Assembly: GCA_028279595.1 (NCBI GenBank)
Contig: JANQNK010000020.1
Span: 256,001-320,000 of the forward strand
Direction: 5' to 3'
Length of the DNA stretch: 64,000 nucleotides
Source: Thermoplasmatota archaeon
GTDB taxonomy: Archaea; Thermoplasmatota; JAKEGO01
Shown piece after piece: positions 47,051 to 56,487 of this stretch. The position numbers and the translations under genes are program-made. Below the pieces are notes generated by a model. The model worked only from the letters and a program-made list of their open reading frames with translations, was not told the DNA's origin and did no database searches. Numbering within the stretch: position 1 is the first letter of the stretch; every line of letters starts with the position of its first letter.

Positions 47051-47221
47051 TTAATCCCCATCCTCCATATCGAATCTAGTAGCTTATTATTTATGGTCCC
47101 TATGACCCCTTTGACCATGCCCTACGTTATGACGTCATAAATTTATGTCCTCTTATGGTGTCTGGCTTGCTATCATAGGGATGGTCTAGGGCATGAGGAC
47201 ATAAGCGAATGGTGTTATGAA

Positions 47222-47701
47222 CTATAATTTAAACTCCTGTCGATTTCGCTCTTCGAGAATTCTAAAAGCTAGCCGTTTATCGACAGGAATACGATTTATT
47301 GCATTCCCATATGGTGTGTGTTTCTTCTGATTGAATAGAATCAGACGATCATTTGGATATCCTCGGATTGTCTCTAACCTATCGACATTTGACCATGGAA
47401 CAGTAGCTTCATGGTCTATGTAAGTAATATGCAATCCATCGATAGCAAATCCAACTCTCTCAGGTATTCTTTTAATGTTGTATCGCATAAGAAAAAAGAA
47501 ATGTAATCCGCCAAATATTGCTACGGAGAATCCTATCAAGGGGTCCTGAACGAGATCAGATCCGTAATAACCATGAACGATACCTAATAAAGCTATCGGG
47601 ATTGCGATTGCGAATGGTCCGTATACTAACAATTTTCGATAAATGTTCCGGTATTCCTCCGAGAGTTTATTATCTCGCCATCGTATTTCCATAGACTTCA
47701 A
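47222..47701 (-). CDS. 2-TM + PH-like domain hypothetical protein (paralog A)
   Basis: Two TMs then RVGFAIDGLHITY...VPWSNV; similar to 47811..48299. Confidence 0.65.
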   Translation of the reverse strand: MKSMEIRWRDNKLSEEYRNIYRKLLVYGPFAIAIPIALLGIVHGYYGSDLVQDPLIGFSVAIFGGLHFFFLMRYNIKRIPERVGFAIDGLHITYIDHEATVPWSNVDRLETIRGYPNDRLILFNQKKHTPYGNAINRIPVDKRLAFRILEERNRQEFKL

Positions 47702-47810
47702 TTATTTATGTAATCTCAAGTTAATATTTAGAATCTTAGGTTTGGTATCCCCCACCTACGTCGCCGTGGAAGGGTATAAGTAGAGTCAGAGGGAATCGAG
47801 AGACGGGATC

Positions 47811-48299
47811 ATGAAGTGGATGGATAATGATGTCAATAGTCAATACATCTTAAGGAGGAAACGATGGAGAATATTATTTCCCGCTTCCATTTTATTCATT
47901 ATGATGATTACAGCGTTGGTCTTTTACTTGTTGGATCCGAATAGAGATATTCGGATATTTATTCCAGCAGTCTTAGTAGGTATATGGGGTGCATCGATTC
48001 AATATTATATTCAAAATTATAATGTTAATCGGATAGTAAAGAGAATTGGATTATCGAAGGAATCAATTACTCTTGACTATCATCGTAAAGAAAGATTAAT
48101 CCTACCTTTTAAGAACATAGTGAAAGTTGACACTTTGGACAACTGGAAAGATGTTTATTTTATTCAATGTAGACATCCAACCCCATCATTGTTTAAGAAG
48201 GTGTTCAATCAAGGAATGGAATACGTAGTCGTCACCAACAACATTGCATATCAAATCCAGAAGGTCTTAGCTGTAAATGGTATTTCTTCGAATGATTGA
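47811..48299 (+). CDS. 2-TM + PH-like domain hypothetical protein (paralog B)
   Basis: Two TMs then RIGLSKESITLDY...LPFKNI. Confidence 0.65.
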   Translation: MKWMDNDVNSQYILRRKRWRILFPASILFIMMITALVFYLLDPNRDIRIFIPAVLVGIWGASIQYYIQNYNVNRIVKRIGLSKESITLDYHRKERLILPFKNIVKVDTLDNWKDVYFIQCRHPTPSLFKKVFNQGMEYVVVTNNIAYQIQKVLAVNGISSND

Positions 48300-48646
48300 T
48301 CTATAAATTTACCTTGGTGGGGTGGGGGGTGGCGTACCCCGTTATGGCCTATGGTTTTAGCTTTGGGAGTATATAAAGCGTTACGAAAAAAAGTTATTAT
48401 CTATTACCCCCCGCGCATGGTGCGGGGGAGCGGACCGTTGATTCCACAAATCAGATACGATATGGAATCTACGGGTCAGTCGATTCCCGAAGTCAGGGAA
48501 TCGACGTCTGTTAGTCTCTTCCAGCACCACCATCTGATTCAATCTGATAGTGACGGAAAGATGGTGGTGTGAGTGCTTGGATTCGAACCACTTAATGAGA
48601 TCTTGCTCTCTGGATTAAGATAAGATTATTGGGTCGATCTGAATCG

Positions 48647-48682
48647 AAAAAAAGAAAAGACCGGGCCGGTCGAACCGGCCCG
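48647..48682 (-). terminator. gdhA terminator
   Basis: 9-bp perfect stem CGGGCCGGT/ACCGGCCCG (48662-48682) followed on the minus strand by a long T-rich tract. Confidence 0.85.
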
Positions 48683-48702
48683 AATTCTGTGGGTTGTCTC
48701 GA

Positions 48703-50037
<1,335 letters not shown>

Positions 50038-50171
50038 TCAAATTTCCTCCGGTCTAAGCGTCACCCCCGAAGGGGCGTGATAACATCGAGGTTTCCTATA
50101 AATATCTTTTCATTATGTCGAACCCCTTTTCGTTAATTATCGATGTCCGTCGACGGGTATCTACCATAATA

Positions 50172-51629
50172 TCATAGGGCGCCCTGCGAGTATGCGAATC
50201 TGCGTTCGCCAGCCATGATCCGCCGGCTGTGCCTCCGAGCCCTCTGCGTGATCTTGATGAGTATCGTGAAGTTGACAGCGGCAACCATGAATGGGATGGA
50301 TATCAGGCCCACGTTGACTGTCTCGGCAAGGTAGGCGGAGGCGTTCCAAGCTGAATGAAGACCGATGGCCAGTCCCATGGAGCCGATCATCAGTGGGATC
50401 GGACCGATGGACTCCATAAGCTCACCGGAGAGCTTCTCGCGCCGGTAGACACCGTAGGAGTATCCGACGACCCCTGTACCGACCGCGTGGCCGAGGGTAC
50501 TGAGCAGGCCCCTGGCGAGGGACCCTGCTCCCCATAGGATCGGTACCCCGCCCTCGGTCAGATCGGTGTAGAGGAAGAACGATTCGTACAGGAGGTTCTC
50601 CACCATGGCGAAACCCATGCCGCACGTCACGCCGTAGACGAGACCCTGGAGAGGAGTCCTTATCCACTTGCTCAGGAAGATGAGGCCTATGGGCTTGGCA
50701 AGCTCCTCGAGGATGGGAGCCGCCACCGCGACCAGGAGGAACAGGTCCCTGCTCGGGACCATCGCCTCCGATAGGATCGCGATGTTCGTGGAGAGCATCC
50801 CCCACGTGAGCGCCAGAAGCATCGCCCTCCTCGGCTCGGGATCGAACTGGTTCGTATATGTGTACGAGATCCACATCAACGAAGGGAACGAGAACGCGAT
50901 GACGAACGCTGCCGGGAATCCGAAATACAGAGCCGGGTTCGACCTTCCGAGTATGAGGAGAGCTGATCCCGCCACTATGCTGAACAGGAATATGTAGAGC
51001 AGGGGTCTGGGTTCGGGAATGTCCCATCTGTTCGTTGGGATCCTTTCGTCGGCGCTGTGCCACTCCCATGTGTACCTGAACGGCCCCCTCTGTCTGCTGA
51101 ACCCTGGGTCGGGAGGCGTTCTCCTATCGGCGGACCACGGCCACGAGCTCCGATGCCTCCCGTAGCGCGGGTCCCTGATCGGTCCCTCCCTGAGGGGAGG
51201 CCCGTACGGCCTTTCCATCGACCACGTGTCCCTCCAACGGGCGCTGTCCCTCGGCGGCGGACGCCTCCATCCGGACTGGCCGCTGCTTTCGACGAGTCGG
51301 TCGTAGGACCACTCGTCGTCAAGTGGCGGAGGTACTGTTTCCACGGGATCGACTGTCCACGGATGATACCTGTCGAATTCCCGCGGCTCGTATCTGGCAT
51401 TGAAGATGTAGTACCCACCCGGCATCAGGACCAAATAAAGCAGGAGGGACCCGACGAGGTAGAGGATGCCCATGGCGAGGAGGATTATCACCGGTCCGTA
51501 TCCAAGACCGACGGTGAGCTCCCAGAGGCCCATTGTGGTCCCTATCAGTATCGCGAGCGACCCGACGACCAGTACGTATATCCGGAGAATGTCCTTGACC
51601 ATGGACATGGCTACTGAACAGCCGTCCAT
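50172..51629 (-). CDS. PrsW family intramembrane metalloprotease with long N-terminal extension
   Basis: APILEELAK, GMGFAMVEN, GH, LHSAWN; start uncertain. Confidence 0.85.
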   Translation of the reverse strand: MDGCSVAMSMVKDILRIYVLVVGSLAILIGTTMGLWELTVGLGYGPVIILLAMGILYLVGSLLLYLVLMPGGYYIFNARYEPREFDRYHPWTVDPVETVPPPLDDEWSYDRLVESSGQSGWRRPPPRDSARWRDTWSMERPYGPPLREGPIRDPRYGRHRSSWPWSADRRTPPDPGFSRQRGPFRYTWEWHSADERIPTNRWDIPEPRPLLYIFLFSIVAGSALLILGRSNPALYFGFPAAFVIAFSFPSLMWISYTYTNQFDPEPRRAMLLALTWGMLSTNIAILSEAMVPSRDLFLLVAVAAPILEELAKPIGLIFLSKWIRTPLQGLVYGVTCGMGFAMVENLLYESFFLYTDLTEGGVPILWGAGSLARGLLSTLGHAVGTGVVGYSYGVYRREKLSGELMESIGPIPLMIGSMGLAIGLHSAWNASAYLAETVNVGLISIPFMVAAVNFTILIKITQRARRHSRRIMAGERRFAYSQGAL

Positions 51630-51653
51630 CGCTACTTATACCTAATTGCGAAG

Positions 51654-52214
51654 TCACACCCTTCCGTGTGATATTCCGGACCCGAGCGCCGACGCGATCA
51701 GCCGTGAGACCCGGAGGGACTCCGGGATGTTCCCGATGACGGTGCAGAGCGAGAGTAGCTCTCTCACGCCCGCTTCATCGGTCCCGGCCCAGCTCGCGTG
51801 TATCCCGCTCATCTCGGTCCAGGTTCGCCCCTCGAGGAGCTCGAGCCTCCTGCCCGGGTCGTCGAAACGTGTGCCAAGGGCGTCCCTCACGGCGCCCATG
51901 TCCGGGGCGTCCCTCACTATGCTGATCAACGGCGTCCCTGTCCTCTCCGTGAAATCCTCGACGTCGATGACATTGAATCCTGCCATCGTCGTGGCATTGG
52001 TGAAGGCAGCGTGGACCTGGTCCCTCTGCGGAGCCCTCTCGAGCATCGAGATCATGACGTCGGTGGAATCGTCGCCATCGATCGCAACCCGGTCGACGGC
52101 CACCGCCTCTAGATAATCGGGTGCCCTCATGACCGCCATGACCAGGTCTGCGGAATCGGCGTCCAGGTCCACCGGCCCGGTCGAGAATCCGGCGCTCCGG
52201 ATGTGGTTCTTCAT
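51654..52214 (-). CDS. DUF99 (endonuclease V-like fold) family protein
   Basis: DGDDST, AGFNVID, P.ISIV..PD, GNIPESLRVSRLIA. Start MKNHIR overlaps the upstream stop (ATGA). Confidence 0.85.
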   Translation of the reverse strand: MKNHIRSAGFSTGPVDLDADSADLVMAVMRAPDYLEAVAVDRVAIDGDDSTDVMISMLERAPQRDQVHAAFTNATTMAGFNVIDVEDFTERTGTPLISIVRDAPDMGAVRDALGTRFDDPGRRLELLEGRTWTEMSGIHASWAGTDEAGVRELLSLCTVIGNIPESLRVSRLIASALGSGISHGRV

Positions 52215-52879
52215 GACCCCTGCTCCGGCCCTTCGCCCTTCCCGGGAGGCCACTTGGGTCCCGAGGGCTTCTTCGGCTTGATGGCGGGTGCCGGCGGTTT
52301 GCTCCTCTTCTTTCCGGGTGTCTTCGGTCCGGGCATCTTCTTGACGGTCCCCGGCTCGACCTCCTCTACATCTGCCTTCGGCGGTTTCCTGAGGAAGAAC
52401 CTCACGAAGACGTAGAACAGAATTATCACGAATATCAGGACCAAGCCGCAGCAGAACGCGGTCAGGAACGGATCGGCCGGTAAATCCTCGGTCCAGGTGA
52501 CGGTCATTACGATGCTCGCCGTCTCCGTTCCCGGGGCGTCGGTGTCCGACGGGTTGTCGAGGTTATCGATGACGATCGAGTAGTTGCCCTTCTCGCTCCA
52601 GACGGTCCTGACGTCGGTGATGTTCTCGAAGACCCTGACCTTGACCGACGACGCGCTGTACGAACCGTTGTTGCCCTCGATGATGTAGAGGTCCACCTCC
52701 GGGTCGGAATCGAACTCGATCACGATGTCGCCCTCCCAGTCGGGATCTACGACAATGACCCTGTGGCTCCCGGCAGAGAGGTTGAAATCCCACTCCTTCT
52801 CCTTCTGTATGGCTGAGACGCCGGGTGTGACGAGTATGGCGAGAAGCAGCACCGCGACGATGAACTTCGAGGTCCTCAT
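52211..52879 (-). CDS. Hypothetical type-I membrane protein (GOLD/p24-like ectodomain), paralog of 24563..25135
   Basis: Signal peptide; EVDLYII...YSIVIDNLDN; TM; Pro/Lys tail. Confidence 0.65.
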   Translation of the reverse strand: MRTSKFIVAVLLLAILVTPGVSAIQKEKEWDFNLSAGSHRVIVVDPDWEGDIVIEFDSDPEVDLYIIEGNNGSYSASSVKVRVFENITDVRTVWSEKGNYSIVIDNLDNPSDTDAPGTETASIVMTVTWTEDLPADPFLTAFCCGLVLIFVIILFYVFVRFFLRKPPKADVEEVEPGTVKKMPGPKTPGKKRSKPPAPAIKPKKPSGPKWPPGKGEGPEQGS

Positions 52880-52989
52880 GGTCCGTCAACCCCGACGACG
52901 TACTTTAACCTTTACCGGTCCAACCATTTCGAGACCGTTCGGAGAGTCGTATCCCGTCCCCCGGATCATCGGATTTTGCACCATTTTTC

Positions 52990-53050
52990 AGACGCGCTCG
53001 ATGACGTCTCAAGCGGCCATCGACGCGTCTCAATCATACCCGATGATTGG
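52990..53050. repeat. Dispersed copy of bulged-hairpin element
   Basis: AGACGCG-C-TCGATG...CATCGA-CGCGTCT followed by a CAATCAT/ATGATTG hairpin. Confidence 0.7.
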
Positions 53051-53178
53051 TCTTTCGGCTTACGTTTGCGCCACGTTTGGGACGGTTATCGGAAAAAGTC
53101 CACCGGAAATGCAGGTTTCACCCCCTTCGGGAAAGGTATTTGAACCCCAATTTCAATTCCTTTCCGAGAGGAGTCATC

Positions 53179-53322
53179 ATGAAGGCTTATTGTATGAAGT
53201 GCAGGAAACAGGTAGATGTTGTGGACCCGAAACAGATAACCATGAAGAACGGCCGCCCGGCCGTCAACGGTACCTGCGCAGAATGCGGTACCAAGGTGTT
53301 CAAGATCGGGAAGCTCGAGTGA
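53179..53322 (+). CDS. Small zinc-ribbon protein (DUF5679-like)
   Basis: MKAYCMKCRK...MKNGRPAVNGTCAECGTKVFKIG; GAGGAG SD. Confidence 0.88.
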   Translation: MKAYCMKCRKQVDVVDPKQITMKNGRPAVNGTCAECGTKVFKIGKLE

Positions 53323-53947
53323 GCCTTTCCAGACCCTGGACCACACCTTCTAGTCGCTGGACCTCCAGCGCAGCGAACACTCTGTCGTAGTTCGAGACAA
53401 GCCAGTGTATGCGTCGGGCCATCTGGTCCTCCCTGAACTCCTCGAGTTTGCGGAATCCCTTTATCCGGCGTACCTGGCCATCCCACTCCAGAGCGAACTC
53501 GGCGGCCGTCCCGGCCTTGAACCTCTTTCCGATCAGGTTACGCATGAGCATGCCGTATCTGACGGTCTCTATCGGCTTGATGAACTTGACCGACGCCCGG
53601 TACATCGAGAGCTCCGACAGGTCGACGCTCCTGATCGGCACATCGTTCTCGACGGCATATCGGCAGACGGCTATCAGGTCCGGTGGCGGCATCCCGACGT
53701 CGCCGTACCTCGTCAGATGCCTTGAATATATCTCGTCGTAGTTCGTCATGTGGTCCTCGTCCACCCCGTCGAGGGAGGACATCAGGCCGTCGAGCTCCTG
53801 CTTCGACACGGCCAGTGCTATGACGTCGGGACCGAACTCCTTGATGGCATCCATCTGCCTCTCGACCTCGGATGCTAGGCCCCTGACCGCTCCGAACAGC
53901 ATGACCGAACCGTATCCGGGGATCTCGATGGCCTTCGTCGTTTCCAT
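53300..53947 (-). CDS. Hypothetical protein, degenerate TraB/PrgY-like
   Basis: PDVIALAVS..EL; REDQMARRI; GAGGT SD before METTKA. Confidence 0.65.
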   Translation of the reverse strand: METTKAIEIPGYGSVMLFGAVRGLASEVERQMDAIKEFGPDVIALAVSKQELDGLMSSLDGVDEDHMTNYDEIYSRHLTRYGDVGMPPPDLIAVCRYAVENDVPIRSVDLSELSMYRASVKFIKPIETVRYGMLMRNLIGKRFKAGTAAEFALEWDGQVRRIKGFRKLEEFREDQMARRIHWLVSNYDRVFAALEVQRLEGVVQGLERLTRASRS

Positions 53948-53954
53948 GATGACC

Positions 53955-54563
53955 TCACTCCGATCCGCAGGCGCCCATGTCCTTGCGCCGAACCTCTCCT
54001 CTTGGCTCGACCTCCTCGAAGACCTCCGCACTGAACCTGTAGAACAATATATCCTCGCCTAGCCACGCGCCCGGGCTCAGACCGGCCTTCATGCATGTGT
54101 GGGAGAGGAACGCGCTCACATCCCAGCCCTGCTCGACCGGGACCTGGGGCAAGAGTACTCCGCGGGCCATCCCGCTCTCGACGACGAGGCCGTGGACACC
54201 GACCGTCACCTCCTCGACGAGGGCGCCGCCCTTCGCCGGAACGAGTTCGAGCGGTGTCAACAGCGACACCTCGACAGCAAGCCCGTCCATCTCGGACATG
54301 CCCACCTTGGGGAACCTCGGGTCCCTGGTCGCCGCCGAGACAGCCACGTCCTTTATGGTCTCACCGAGCGCTTTCACACCCTCGATGTATCCGATGCAGC
54401 CTCGGAGATCGTGATCCGGGAAGGTCTTGAGGGTGACGAAGGCACCGCTCTCCTTCTCGAATATCTCTGGAAGTTGCGGAAGCTCGCCCTCTCCTGAAAG
54501 ATGCCTTTCGATGACCGACCGTGCGAACGTCACAGCTGCCGCTCCGTCCTCGTCAGTGTACAT
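53955..54563 (-). CDS. AMMECR1 domain protein (AmmeMemoRadiSam protein A)
   Basis: GAFVTL, LRGCIG, AATRDPRF, VEVSLLT, GVLLPQV, CMKAGL. Confidence 0.95.
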   Translation of the reverse strand: MYTDEDGAAAVTFARSVIERHLSGEGELPQLPEIFEKESGAFVTLKTFPDHDLRGCIGYIEGVKALGETIKDVAVSAATRDPRFPKVGMSEMDGLAVEVSLLTPLELVPAKGGALVEEVTVGVHGLVVESGMARGVLLPQVPVEQGWDVSAFLSHTCMKAGLSPGAWLGEDILFYRFSAEVFEEVEPRGEVRRKDMGACGSE

Positions 54564-54589
54564 GACAGCGTCGAATCGCGGGGGCTCGA

Positions 54590-55480
54590 TTAATACCTAT
54601 CGGACATGTAGCCCGGTCCGAGGCCCCAGTCGTCGTCCTCCTCCCGCTTGCGTGGAGGCTCCTTGATCTTCTTCAGCGTCCTCCTGAAGTGCCAGACGAT
54701 GAAGACCACCACGACTATCATTACGATGGTAGAGATCAACATCACCCTGTTCTCAAGGAAGTAATTGCCCAGCGATATCATTCCCTGCGGATGCAGTCCG
54801 TAGTAGTAGATGACCATCGAGATGAGCATGTAGGGTACGACGAGGGCCATGGCGTTCTTCATGTTCCCTGAGACGACGCCGTAGAAGACAGCGGTCATGA
54901 AGGCGAAGGCGAGGAGATAGGCCGCAGTGGCGTTCATCAGGTGGTCGCTCGCCCCTGCCGTGGCGAACATCGAGAACGTGATCCCGAGGATGGCCGGGGC
55001 CATGACCACGCCGCCCATGACAAGTAGCTTCGCCTCCTTCCGGGCCAGCGCCTGCCTCTCGAGCTGGAGCACATAGATGGACCACGTGTCCTTCGTTATC
55101 CTCTCGAGCGTGTCGGCCATCTCGGCCCCCTGCTCGAGGGCGATGATGAGCATGCCCACGGACCTCTGGATCATCTTCGAGCCCGACTCCTCCCCGAACT
55201 TGAGGATCGCGTCGGAGAACGTCTCCCCCTCGGTGACGCGGTCGTTGAGCCTGTCGGTCAGACGTCTGATGGGGCCTGCGCTGGTCGTCGCAGCGGCGAA
55301 GAGCGCCGTCTCGATGGCCTCGCCGTTCCTGAGGCCCTCCACCATGCTGTTGATGAAGGTCGGGAACTCCATCTCGACCTCGATGACGTGCTTGCGATGA
55401 TATGACGTCCACTGAAGGTACACGATGCTGATGATCGCCGGAACGGCGAGTATCCATATGGTCAGCATTATCGCGGACAT
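54590..55480 (-). CDS. Type II secretion F / Tad-type pilus platform membrane protein
   Basis: EFPTFINSMVEGLRNGEAIETAL...GETFSDAI...GAEMADTLERI; several TMs. Confidence 0.85.
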   Translation of the reverse strand: MSAIMLTIWILAVPAIISIVYLQWTSYHRKHVIEVEMEFPTFINSMVEGLRNGEAIETALFAAATTSAGPIRRLTDRLNDRVTEGETFSDAILKFGEESGSKMIQRSVGMLIIALEQGAEMADTLERITKDTWSIYVLQLERQALARKEAKLLVMGGVVMAPAILGITFSMFATAGASDHLMNATAAYLLAFAFMTAVFYGVVSGNMKNAMALVVPYMLISMVIYYYGLHPQGMISLGNYFLENRVMLISTIVMIVVVVFIVWHFRRTLKKIKEPPRKREEDDDWGLGPGYMSDRY

Positions 55481-55482
55481 CG

Positions 55483-56076
55483 TTACACCTTCGGGGCTTT
55501 GACCCACACGTACACTATTATCATCAACAGGACGATGGAAATGAGCAGATATCCGAGGTCTATCGTGTAGACAGGCGCCCCTCCGGGAGCGCCCGGAAGC
55601 TCGCTATCGGCCATTATGTCGGATGTGAACACGACTATCCCCAGGATCAGGGGAACGAGCACACCGAGGATCACGAACATCTCTCCGATACCCCGGGACA
55701 TGTCCAGGAAGTCCCTGAACCGCCTCTTCCGGAGCTGGGTCTCCCTGAGCGCGATCTGGCGAAGGGTGTTCGTCACACCGGCGGACGTCACCAGGGACCG
55801 TACGATCGCCCTTGCCATCTCCGTGTACAGCTTGTTCTTGACACGTTTCGCGGACTTCTGCATTGCTCGATCGAGGTACGATCCCTGCTGGACCTCCGCT
55901 ATAATCCGTTTGAACTCGAAGGATACCTCTCCATAATCGTGAGAGGCCACGTACTCTATGGCCGTCTCGATGCTCGCGCCGGACCGCAGGACGAGGTCCA
56001 TCCCCATGATGGCGTAGAGGAGGTCGTTCTCGTCCACACCCCTAAGCCTTAACTCATCTCCCAGTGCGTCGAACAT
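55483..56076 (-). CDS. Type II secretion F / Tad-type membrane protein (short)
   Basis: SGASIETAIEYVASHDYGEVSFEFKRII...GVTNTLRQIA. Start moved to MFDALG; the upstream extension is repeat-derived. Confidence 0.85.
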   Translation of the reverse strand: MFDALGDELRLRGVDENDLLYAIMGMDLVLRSGASIETAIEYVASHDYGEVSFEFKRIIAEVQQGSYLDRAMQKSAKRVKNKLYTEMARAIVRSLVTSAGVTNTLRQIALRETQLRKRRFRDFLDMSRGIGEMFVILGVLVPLILGIVVFTSDIMADSELPGAPGGAPVYTIDLGYLLISIVLLMIIVYVWVKAPKV

Positions 56077-56185
56077 GCGTGAAACTGGATGGACATGTGC
56101 CGTTTTATAGGTTACTGAGAGAAATGTCATCCCGATGCCGAACAGATCGGTCCATTGCGAGTAACGGATCCATCCGTATTCGACA

Positions 56186-56375
56186 GACGCGCTCGACCGC
56201 AACTGTGGTACGCGGTCGACGCGTCTCATCTGTACTGGTTGGGGGTAGCCAATGACTGCCGACGCGCTCGACCGCAACTGATGTACCCGGTCGACGCGTC
56301 TCATCTGTGCTGGCTAGGGATGGCCAATGACTGCCAACGTACTCGACCGCAAATGGCGTACGCGGTCGACGCGTC
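56186..56375. repeat. Tandem 75-bp repeat (about 2.5 units): 40-bp bulged inverted repeat + 35-bp hairpin linker
   Basis: Units start at 56186, 56261 and 56336; consensus GACGCG-C-TCGACCGC-N11-GCGGTCGA-CGCGTC. Confidence 0.95.
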
Positions 56376-56487
56376 CCGCGCCTGGTGCATGCGGCCGGTC
56401 ATTGACCGCTGCCGTCTCCCGAGGTACATTTGTTTCGAAAAACAACCTATATATATCAAATCCGATACCGGCGTAAGGTGGTACCGG

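Larger units (their letters stand above)
46347..48589. mobile_element. AT-rich horizontally acquired islet (no integrase), bounded by tRNA-3'-end-like sequences
   Basis: Visible shift to AT-rich DNA; GAAT-CCACC-CCGCACC-A-CCA (+, 46347-46366) and GG-TTCGAAT-CCAAG-CACTCAC-A-CCA (-, 48589-48565). Confidence 0.5.

Noticed and set aside
48315-48430. G-tracts (GGTGGGGTGGGGGTGG) and a CCCCGCGCA/TGCGGGGG hairpin as a viral packaging site or G-quadruplex
   Set aside because: Suggestive only; no terminase or other viral genes nearby.
48562-48650. Complete tRNA gene on the minus strand
   Set aside because: No 5' acceptor strand, D-arm or anticodon arm; the T-stem pairs only 3 bp.
56186-56375. CRISPR array (40-bp repeats, 35-bp spacers)
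   Set aside because: The two spacers are near-identical, the repeats vary internally, and there are no cas genes or leader.
56077-56487. Long N-terminal extensions of ORFs 56155..57621 and 55483..56304
   Set aside because: Artefacts of the 75-bp (25-codon) repeat staying open; TATA boxes and homologous starts lie downstream.
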